Virus record (IMG/VR): IMGVR_UViG_3300028840_004475
Span: 64,001-128,000 of that record
Length of the DNA stretch: 64,000 nt
DNA from: a virus
Direction: 5' to 3' (one strand)
The notes under the pieces are model-generated. The model was given only the letters and a program-made list of their open reading frames with translations, did no database searches and was not told the DNA's origin. Of the stretch, positions 57,205 through 64,000 are shown in pieces. The number at the start of each line of letters is the position of its first letter. Within the stretch, counting starts at the first letter, position 1. The position numbers and the translations under genes were made by a program.

Positions 57205-57308
57205 GGAAGAATGATGTTGGACAAAATAGACAAGTTCGTTCGTGACTACCTGCTATTGCCGGCGACATTCGTGTACGCGGCACTGCAGATTTGGAGGCTG
57301 TTTATTGT

Positions 57309-57385
57309 GGGGTCATAGCTCAGTTGGGAGTAGCGCCTGCCTTGCAAGCAGGAGGTCGTCGGTTCGATCCCGTCTGACTCCACCA
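57309..57385 (+). tRNA. tRNA-Ala(TGC)
   Basis: Cloverleaf, G3:U70, CCA. Confidence 0.92.
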
Positions 57386-57466
57386 GCCGACCCGCGGTGA
57401 AATGTCATTGGTGTGGCCCCGTGTCAATGACAGAAGGCAGCCTACGGGGCATTTGTAGGAGGTTCT

Positions 57467-57542
57467 GTTCCCGTCGTCTAGCGGTCTAGGATCTCGGCCT
57501 CTCACGCCGAGGACGCGGGTTCGAGTCCCGCCGGGAACACCA
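57467..57542 (+). tRNA. tRNA-Glu(CTC)
   Basis: Cloverleaf, CCA. Confidence 0.92.
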
Positions 57543-57618
57543 GGCCGAACCACAGGGCCGAGGCAATCGTTTGATGTGGTGACAGCCCGGAGAGACGGGC
57601 ACTGTGGGCGTGTGCTGT

Positions 57619-57693
57619 GGCGTGTGTAGCTCAGTGGTAGAGCGTACGGCTGTGGCCCGTACTGTCGCGGGTTCGATTCCCGTCATACGCCCA
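57619..57693 (+). tRNA. tRNA-His(GTG)
   Basis: Cloverleaf with G-1:C73. Confidence 0.88.
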
Positions 57694-57750
57694 CCTTTTT
57701 TGTTGACGACCTGCAAAAGATCTCGATAATAGATCATGCAGGAGGAAGTT

Positions 57751-57867
57751 ATGTTCCGCTACACGATGGCAGCCATTTTCTTCATCGACCATTTCAACGC
57801 CGGTCATCTGCCGTCGCCATCCTCACCCTCGCCATCAGAACGACCCTCGAGTCCGCCGCAACGCTAA
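57751..57867 (+). CDS. Putative 38-aa leader peptide before a tRNA block
   Basis: TTGACG-N17-GATAAT promoter, AGGAGG RBS. Confidence 0.4.
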   Translation: MFRYTMAAIFFIDHFNAGHLPSPSSPSPSERPSSPPQR

Positions 57868-57875
57868 CACGCTTT

Positions 57876-57965
57876 GGTGCGATGGCCTAACTGGTAGGGA
57901 AGCGGTTTGCTAAACCGTCCGGGCGTTCACGCGTTCTGAAGGTTCGAGTCCTTCTCGCACCGCCA
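57876..57965 (+). tRNA. tRNA-Ser(GCT)
   Basis: Cloverleaf, long variable arm, CCA. Confidence 0.88.
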
Positions 57966-57968
57966 TAT

Positions 57969-58044
57969 CGGAGAGTGGGGTATACGGTAGCCCACCTGTT
58001 TCGGGGACAGGATGATGTCGGTTCGAGTCCGGCCTCTCCGACCA
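57969..58044 (+). tRNA. tRNA-Pro(CGG)
   Basis: Cloverleaf, CCA. Confidence 0.87.
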
Positions 58045-58122
58045 CGGGGTATAGCTCAGTTTGCGTAGAGCGTTTGGTTTGGGACCAAAAAGCCGGGGGT
58101 TCGAATCCCTCTACCCCGACCA
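58045..58122 (+). tRNA. tRNA-Pro(TGG)
   Basis: Cloverleaf, CCA. Confidence 0.9.
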
Positions 58123-58123
58123 T

Positions 58124-58216
58124 GGATGGACAAGCCGATGGTTGGCGACGGCACCTGCCTCGAAAGCAGGCGAACCCGAAAGGGCCTTGGGGGTTCGATC
58201 CCCTCTCCATCCGCCA
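58124..58216 (+). tRNA. tRNA-Ser(CGA)
   Basis: Cloverleaf, long variable arm, CCA. Confidence 0.88.
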
Positions 58217-58219
58217 TTT

Positions 58220-58297
58220 GGGACGTGACTCTGTCAGACACGCAGGCAGAGGGGTAGAGAAGTCGTGCTCTCCCGGTTCGAGTCCGGCGCGTCCCCA
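58220..58297 (+). ncRNA. Non-canonical tRNA-like RNA
   Basis: Acceptor stem and T arm intact; D and anticodon arms replaced by atypical hairpins. Confidence 0.55.
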
Positions 58298-58298
58298 C

Positions 58299-58389
58299 GG
58301 AAGGCTGGCAGAATGGCTATTGCACCTGATTTGAAATCAGAGGTCGGCCTGAGAGGGTCGTGCGGGTTCGAGTCCTGCGCCTTCCGCCA
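58299..58389 (+). tRNA. tRNA-Ser(TGA)
   Basis: Cloverleaf, long variable arm, CCA. Confidence 0.9.
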
Positions 58390-58480
58390 ATTTTTAATGC
58401 AAAAATAGTCGCTGTACAACGTAGCTATTTATGATATCAAAAAAGATCTGTACGCCAACACCAAACAAACGAGGAAACAG

Positions 58481-58756
58481 ATGACTGGCATCCAGATCGA
58501 CGTCAACTACAAGACCAGAGGCCGCAACAAGGCCGCCACCTTCACTGCGGCATACCGCAACAGAGTCGTGCCGGCTGACGTCACTGTCCCAATCCGTAGG
58601 GGACGACCGACCTACACCCTGACGATTCCGACGCCGGTCAACATCGGCAATGGTGACACACTTTCGTTCACCATGAAGAATCTGGACGCCGCACTGGCTG
58701 CTCTAGCAGACTATGCGAAGAAGTGGCCGGCGCTCAACAAGGCCGGTATGGCCTAG
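58481..58756 (+). CDS. Hypothetical protein
   Basis: GAGG RBS, 91 aa. Confidence 0.55.
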   Translation: MTGIQIDVNYKTRGRNKAATFTAAYRNRVVPADVTVPIRRGRPTYTLTIPTPVNIGNGDTLSFTMKNLDAALAALADYAKKWPALNKAGMA

Positions 58757-58774
58757 AACAGAAGAGGAGATAAG

Positions 58775-59056
58775 ATGGCTGCGAAGGCAATGACGAAGAC
58801 AGAGATCTGCAAGAAGCTGGCAGAAGCCAACGACATGAAACCGAAGGAGGCAAAGCTCTTCCTCGAATCGCTGGCACAGCTGGCCTACAAGGAGGCGAAG
58901 AACGGCTTCACCATCCCTGGCATCGGCAAGCTCGTCAAGCAGCGCCGTAAGGCGCGTGACGGTCGCAACCCGGCCACCGGTGAGAAGATCCGCATCAAGG
59001 CCAAGACCGTCCTGAAGTTCAGGGTCTCGAAGGTCGCGAAGGACGCGATTCTGTAG
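58775..59056 (+). CDS. hup: HU family DNA-binding protein
   Basis: MTKTE, F.IPGIGK, RKAR.GRNPATGE.I.I.AK..LKFR. Confidence 0.95.
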   Translation: MAAKAMTKTEICKKLAEANDMKPKEAKLFLESLAQLAYKEAKNGFTIPGIGKLVKQRRKARDGRNPATGEKIRIKAKTVLKFRVSKVAKDAIL

Positions 59057-59063
59057 CAATACA

Positions 59064-59137
59064 GCTCCTGTCGTTCAATGGTAGGACGCCGGGTTTTCAA
59101 CCCGGTAACCGGGGATCAATACCCCGCAGGAGCACCA
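59064..59137 (+). tRNA. tRNA-Glu(TTC)
   Basis: Cloverleaf, CCA; T loop ATCAATA. Confidence 0.85.
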
Positions 59138-59162
59138 ACCTTGCCGCCTTCGGGCGGCTTTT

Positions 59163-59237
59163 GGGGGCATCGTCCAATGGCTAGGACATCGGCCTTTGGA
59201 GCCGGCGATGAGGGTTCGAGTCCCTCTGCCCCTTCCA
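59163..59237 (+). tRNA. tRNA-Gln(TTG)
   Basis: Cloverleaf, CCA. Confidence 0.9.
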
Positions 59238-59493
59238 CAGCACCGCGTCATGAGACAACTATATGTGTCTCGAGCGAATTCGGTATCAAACGAGGAATGT
59301 GGGTCAAGATCGATTATGACTGGTCACCGACCTTCAAGTTCCTCGGTCACGAATTCAAGTTCCAATGGCCAGTACAGTTTAAGCCATTCAGGTTCGCTCC
59401 GTACTTGCTAATCAGACGTATCAGCAAGTATCGTGGTCTCTTCCAAGTGGCTTCGGTGATAGACAGTACCACAGTCACTTTGTCGGAGTAATC

Positions 59494-59772
59494 ATGTCAG
59501 ACACCTGGTACGTGCTTCAAAATCTTGAGCAACTCAACTTGGATGACGTGAAGGAACCACCGTGCGGCAAGTGCTACTGGTGGGATCCTGCATTCGAGTA
59601 TGGGGCGGATGGTCGGACTGGCGTTGCGTTCTGCAGAGCTGACGAGATGGAATGCGACTTCAGCTGTTTCCGTCCTCGGAGGTCTCCAAAGGGTGTTCCT
59701 TCAGCAAGAGACGCGTCTGCTCGAGGAGCCGAGGGCGACTCTGACCAAAACCCTGAGCAACTGACAGATTGA
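59494..59772 (+). CDS. Cys-rich hypothetical protein
   Basis: GGAG RBS; CxxC..W...C......C. Confidence 0.45.
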   Translation: MSDTWYVLQNLEQLNLDDVKEPPCGKCYWWDPAFEYGADGRTGVAFCRADEMECDFSCFRPRRSPKGVPSARDASARGAEGDSDQNPEQLTD

Positions 59773-60081
59773 GCCACCCACGAAGCAAACCGAGACAACG
59801 AGCTTCACGACCTTCTGCTTTGATTCTCGCATCGCGCTCTGCTTCCCAGTTGCTGTGCGGAACAAAGTTTCCGCTGTCCGTTGGTTCCATTTCAGATCGC
59901 ATTGAGTAGCGTGGCACAGGACTGCAGAACCCACTACCAACAGATGCATCGTCGCTCACTGTGACCTCGAAGTGCTGCTGCACCCCCCGAGACCTTTCCT
60001 ACGCCCTGGTCGGATCTCGAGGGGCCAGCAGCATGAACCCTGGTTATAACACAACCTTGATTCTGGGTGGCTAGAAAATTA

Positions 60082-60759
60082 CTACGCGGCTAAGCGACGC
60101 TCGTACTCAGCACGGTTGAAGCCAGGGGCACGATGGTGAACGTTGGCCAGCTTGAGGAAGTGCTCCTCGTTGTACTGGAGAGCCAACATCTGCGAAAGAG
60201 CACAGTCCGCCTCGGGCACATGCTGCACTGGGTGGCAGCAGTAGCGCTCGAGGACTTCACCCTTCCGGTCAACCAGCTCTACGTTCCCGGCGCGCCCTCG
60301 CTTGATCCTGTAGCGCTTCTTGCCCGAGTAGAGATAGAACCTCCCGCCCTTGACCCAGTCCTTGCGCTGTTTGCGGTCCAGGAAGCCGAGTAGCAGCTTC
60401 TCAGCGCGCTCGTGGGCTTCTTCGCGGATCTTCCTCTCTTCCTCGAGCCTCAGCCGACGTTCCTCGGTTCTGCGCTCCCGTTCAGCCCGTTCCTCCTCGG
60501 TCTCTTCGCGCCGTACAGCGCGCCAGCTGTTGGTAGCCGGTGGCGCATTATTGGTGCTGACGCTGTTCCACGTCGACCAAGTAGTTCCGGTGGTTGTGCT
60601 GGTACTTGTTGTGGAGTCGTCGGTGACCCAACTGACCCACGCGTTGTTGCTCGACGTAGTAGTCGTGCTGTTGGTACAACTCGAAGTACACCAAACCGTC
60701 CATGCGCCGGTAGTGCCCGAGTCGTAGTAGTTGGTGGAGGTGCTGGTGTAGCCGACCAT
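60082..60759 (-). CDS. Hypothetical protein (Thr/Trp-rich N-terminus, coiled coil, CCHP domain)
   Basis: Coupled (TGATG) to the upstream gene. Confidence 0.65.
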   Translation of the reverse strand: MVGYTSTSTNYYDSGTTGAWTVWCTSSCTNSTTTTSSNNAWVSWVTDDSTTSTSTTTGTTWSTWNSVSTNNAPPATNSWRAVRREETEEERAERERRTEERRLRLEEERKIREEAHERAEKLLLGFLDRKQRKDWVKGGRFYLYSGKKRYRIKRGRAGNVELVDRKGEVLERYCCHPVQHVPEADCALSQMLALQYNEEHFLKLANVHHRAPGFNRAEYERRLAA

Positions 60760-61070
60760 CAGCCGCCCATGAGCGGAGGCGACATGATCAGCTTCTCCGC
60801 ATCGGGATCGAACTCGTGGATGATCTCGCCCTTGGAGCCATCGCCCTCGACCTTGTAGGCGATGTAGCCCTTCTTCTTCAGGCGCTCGAAGGTCGCACGA
60901 GCCTCGTCGACCAGGTCGCGGTCGTCTCGGTCCCAGATGACCTTGTAGTCCCCGGCTGCGGCGTCCATGACCTGCAGGGAGCCCTGGCGCACGGGGTCGA
61001 AGTCATCTGGGAAGTCGAGGACAACCGGCAGGGTGGTCTCCTGCTTCAGGCGTTCCAATATGTCGCTCAT
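60759..61070 (-). CDS. Small protein ending in Gly-Gly (ubiquitin-like candidate)
   Basis: C-terminus KLIMSPPLMGG; GGAGG RBS. Confidence 0.6.
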   Translation of the reverse strand: MSDILERLKQETTLPVVLDFPDDFDPVRQGSLQVMDAAAGDYKVIWDRDDRDLVDEARATFERLKKKGYIAYKVEGDGSKGEIIHEFDPDAEKLIMSPPLMGG

Positions 61071-61167
61071 TTTATGGCCTCCTCTGTTGTGGTAGATGCC
61101 GGATCTTACAATGGAAAGTACCGCTAGAACGCTAGGAAATTGCTAGAAAGCGTTCGCCAATTTGTGC

Positions 61168-61701
61168 CTATTCATGCACAAAATTGTCAAGCCAGTCCAA
61201 GACCATGTCGTAGTGGGCCTCTCGAGCCAAGTTGTAGACCGGGATCCCGTTCTCTGAAGCAACACTGATCGCTGTCCCTGTGCCCCCGGTCTCTTTCTTG
61301 CGGTCGCCGTGATAGATGCAGCCGTCCCAGGTCCAGCAGAGGACGAAAAGGCTAGGAGTCCGCAGGTTTCGGCCGAGCACCTGGAACACGTTCCGGCCAT
61401 GCAGCTTGCGGGCGTGCTCGTTGCAGAGGTGCCAGGCGCCGTGGTAGCGACCGGCGATCTTGATGGCCTCTGGAGTGGCGTCCCTGGGGCGCCAGATGCG
61501 CTTCTCACCGCCGCCGGCATCGGCCCCCTCCTCGAATGCCTTGTCAGAGCCGTCAGCGCCTCCTGAGCGCAGGATGTAGCCCAGACCGGCCAGAACCTCG
61601 GCCACCAGCTTCATCACGCCGTAGATGTCTTCAGGGACGCGTCTGCCGCCGACCCCCGTGTAGTAGGCCGGGACCTCAGGTCTGGTGATGGGGATGGTCA
61701 T
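61168..61701 (-). CDS. SLOG/DprA-like protein
   Basis: YTGVGGR, LRSGGADGSD.AFE, RN..V, GGTG.A motifs. Confidence 0.8.
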   Translation of the reverse strand: MTIPITRPEVPAYYTGVGGRRVPEDIYGVMKLVAEVLAGLGYILRSGGADGSDKAFEEGADAGGGEKRIWRPRDATPEAIKIAGRYHGAWHLCNEHARKLHGRNVFQVLGRNLRTPSLFVLCWTWDGCIYHGDRKKETGGTGTAISVASENGIPVYNLAREAHYDMVLDWLDNFVHE

Positions 61702-61907
61702 CGTGGTCTCAGCTGCAAGACTGGGGTCTTCCCGGCTGCCATAACGTAGTCCATGGCTGCGTTCAAGGTATTGAACGGGCCGTAACACGCCTCCACACTA
61801 CCACTTACTCTGTAGGCAAAGACCATACCCTGACGGACCCGAAGCACGGTCCAGCCGCGCCAGTTGTAGTACCCGGGCTGTGGCGCCTTCTTCCAACCGG
61901 ATCTCAT
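61698..61907 (-). CDS. Hypothetical protein
   Basis: Coupled small ORF. Confidence 0.45.
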   Translation of the reverse strand: MRSGWKKAPQPGYYNWRGWTVLRVRQGMVFAYRVSGSVEACYGPFNTLNAAMDYVMAAGKTPVLQLRPR

Positions 61908-62257
61908 GGCTTCTCTCCGTCCAGTTCCTGCATCCTCATGAGGGCACTTTTCTGGTAAGCATCTGAAATAGCATTCTTCCTGTATATTTCGAGTGCCTCT
62001 TCATGACTACAACAACGGGTGTGCATGATGTGGTCGATTTCAGATGCAGACGGTAGCTTCATCAACGGATGTCTGCGTCGCTCGAGTTCCTGCAAGAGTG
62101 GCAGCACGTCTTCGACCTTGAAGAACTCGCCATCATTTTTGATGTAGGGGTGGCACAATCTACCTTCTGAGTCGTACGTGTACCAACGTTTGATGGTCTT
62201 CATCGCTACCTCTCGTTGGTCACGGTAATCACCGCCTTCGGTGAGGACAAGTGCCAC
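61904..62257 (-). CDS. Hypothetical protein
   Basis: Coupled ORF; start may be the ATG at 62203. Confidence 0.45.
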   Translation of the reverse strand: MALVLTEGGDYRDQREVAMKTIKRWYTYDSEGRLCHPYIKNDGEFFKVEDVLPLLQELERRRHPLMKLPSASEIDHIMHTRCCSHEEALEIYRKNAISDAYQKSALMRMQELDGEKP

Positions 62258-62616
62258 TCATCGGCAACTGCCAGAGACTTGCAGAACAGGATGGCCATCT
62301 GCCACCCCATGTCCGTAGGCACGAAGCGGGCGATGGGCGACTTCTCCGGTGCCTTGTGAGAGAAGTGCGGGTCCATCAGCTTCCACTTGCGGACGTGCCC
62401 CCACCGGCCGTTGAACACGAGGATCTTGCGGCCTTCGTAGTTGGTGCAGCCGAAGTACTCGACCTCCACTACCACGAAGTTGTCGCCGATCTGTTCGTGC
62501 CTGAGGATCCTGAACTTGTCGGGCTCAGGATTCGGGAGTCTGCGTCGCTTCTTCGGCGGTGGCTTCCTGGGTGTGTCGTAGCAGCTATCCGAGGTCTTGA
62601 ATATGCTGATACCCAT
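62206..62616 (-). CDS. Conserved-type phage hypothetical protein
   Basis: PNP.P..F, CTNYEG.KILVF, DPHF, SP.ARF.PT..GW..A. Confidence 0.6.
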   Translation of the reverse strand: MGISIFKTSDSCYDTPRKPPPKKRRRLPNPEPDKFRILRHEQIGDNFVVVEVEYFGCTNYEGRKILVFNGRWGHVRKWKLMDPHFSHKAPEKSPIARFVPTDMGWQMAILFCKSLAVADEWHLSSPKAVITVTNER

Positions 62617-62618
62617 GG

Positions 62619-63275
62619 CTACCTCTGGTACTTGGGATCGTACTCGTGAACGGCTCCTGGCTCACCCATGTACTGCTCGAAGGAATTGGAAAGTGTCAAG
62701 TCTGGCATGATCATCTTCGTGCCGTCGTTGATGCAAGAGCCGCGACGGTTCAGACGAATTGAAAAGCGCTCTGTAGCACACCCTGCCAGAACATTGGCAT
62801 CGAAGCTGTGACCGCCCCAGTGGTTCTCATTGATAGTGAGGCCAGCGAAGCCTAACTGGAACAAGTGCTGTGCGAGGCCATCCTTGTACTGGTGATCCAT
62901 GATGGAGGCATAGACCACAGTGCCAGCCTCCACCCAAACTCGATGATGCTTGAATGACCTCAGGTCGTGTGCGCTGAAGGTGATGGCCTTGATCATGCGC
63001 TGACGAGCGTGTTGGCGGTCGATCCATGTGATGTCGGCTGTTGTGAGGTAGACCTCGTCGAAGATGGCATAGGCCATGGCCAGGATGGACGTGAAACCTT
63101 CAGCTATCGTCGGCTCACCGCCTGTCAGCATGATGGCCTTGTGACCCTCTCTGTACATGCTGACGTACAGCTCTTTCAGCTTCTTCATGTGGACTACTTG
63201 GCTGAGGATCACATTCCTGGCGATGCAGTAGTCGCAAGCCCTGGGACAACGATAGGTGAGGATGTGCTTCAGCAT
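62619..63275 (-). CDS. Radical SAM protein
   Basis: CPRACDYC (CxxxCxxC), LTGGEP. Confidence 0.85.
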   Translation of the reverse strand: MLKHILTYRCPRACDYCIARNVILSQVVHMKKLKELYVSMYREGHKAIMLTGGEPTIAEGFTSILAMAYAIFDEVYLTTADITWIDRQHARQRMIKAITFSAHDLRSFKHHRVWVEAGTVVYASIMDHQYKDGLAQHLFQLGFAGLTINENHWGGHSFDANVLAGCATERFSIRLNRRGSCINDGTKMIMPDLTLSNSFEQYMGEPGAVHEYDPKYQR

Positions 63276-63598
63276 CAGACGTCCGTTGTGACAGTGGTGC
63301 CGTGCTTCTTGATGATGTCTTTCGGTGGCAGTATTTCTGTGTAGGTCACCGGCCCAAGCCTCTCGACGATCACGAAGAAACCGGCGTCGCGCACTGCACG
63401 GATGAAATCTTCCGGTCGAGGTTCGTCATTGATGACTTCGAGGCGGATCGTAGCTTCAGTGCCCTTGGCAGCAGAGGCCAGTACTTCGACATTCGTGATG
63501 CCGTTTACTTCTTCGCCTTTGAAGGTGGGCAAGCACTCGTGCCCAGTCCTTTCCAGCTTCAACTCGAAGTCGCCGGCCTTGATGAGTATGTCAATCAT
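63275..63598 (-). CDS. Hypothetical protein
   Basis: Coupled ORF. Confidence 0.5.
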   Translation of the reverse strand: MIDILIKAGDFELKLERTGHECLPTFKGEEVNGITNVEVLASAAKGTEATIRLEVINDEPRPEDFIRAVRDAGFFVIVERLGPVTYTEILPPKDIIKKHGTTVTTDV

Positions 63599-63873
63599 TC
63601 GAAGTCCTCAGGTATGGGTCCGACTGCCATCGCAGCGTACAGACAGATGGCTACTGGAACTCTACGTGGACCGGGACGCGGAATGTCGCATTCCACGAGT
63701 GTGAAGTTCGGCTTGTCACAGCAGTTGGTGTCCGGCGGCATGGCTTTGCACGGCTCACTCTTGTGGCCGCAGCTCTCGCACATCACCTGCCAGCGTCCGT
63801 CAACCATGTCAGCGCCAGTGAGTATCGTGGTGGTGGTCGCAGAACACCATGCAGTTTGCGCCTGAGATACCAT
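63595..63873 (-). CDS. Cys-rich hypothetical protein
   Basis: Coupled ORF with CxxC. Confidence 0.4.
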   Translation of the reverse strand: MVSQAQTAWCSATTTTILTGADMVDGRWQVMCESCGHKSEPCKAMPPDTNCCDKPNFTLVECDIPRPGPRRVPVAICLYAAMAVGPIPEDFE

Positions 63874-64000
63874 CTGGAGGCTTGTCCAGCAGTGTCATGT
63901 CCAGGTCAAGCTGCGAAGCGTATTGCCGTGCCAGCTGCTCCATGTGCGCAACCATGTCCTCATTGTGCGCCTGGAATTTGACGTAGCTGCCCATCATGAC

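Overview
A 64-kb segment of a large tailed phage genome, probably a siphovirus since no sheath gene is seen. (i) 1-39.3 kb, minus strand: virion and lysis module with terminase, DUF935-type portal, protease/scaffold, decoration protein, major capsid protein, holin/spanin-like genes, fibre-like genes, a patatin phospholipase, head-tail genes, tail tube, frameshifted tail assembly chaperones, a 3622-aa tape measure and LamG tail proteins. (ii) 39.3-49 kb: 5'-3' exonuclease, M15 peptidase, pyruvoyl-dependent arginine decarboxylase, deoxynucleoside kinase, thermonuclease and small ORFs. (iii) 49-59.3 kb: an RNA-focused island with a Ro60/TROVE gene followed immediately by seven tandem Y RNA-like genes (three minimal, four carrying tRNA-like domains in different circular permutations), about 37 tRNA genes covering all 20 amino acids, several unexplained structured RNAs, an HNH endonuclease and HU. 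(iv) 59.3-64 kb: small minus-strand genes, including a protein ending in Gly-Gly, a SLOG/DprA-like protein and a radical SAM protein. The most notable system is the Ro60 + Y RNA array. A repeated CTAG-N7-CTAG box at fixed spacing from a -10-like hexamer occurs six times. All calls come from manual reading; no searches or folding programs were run.
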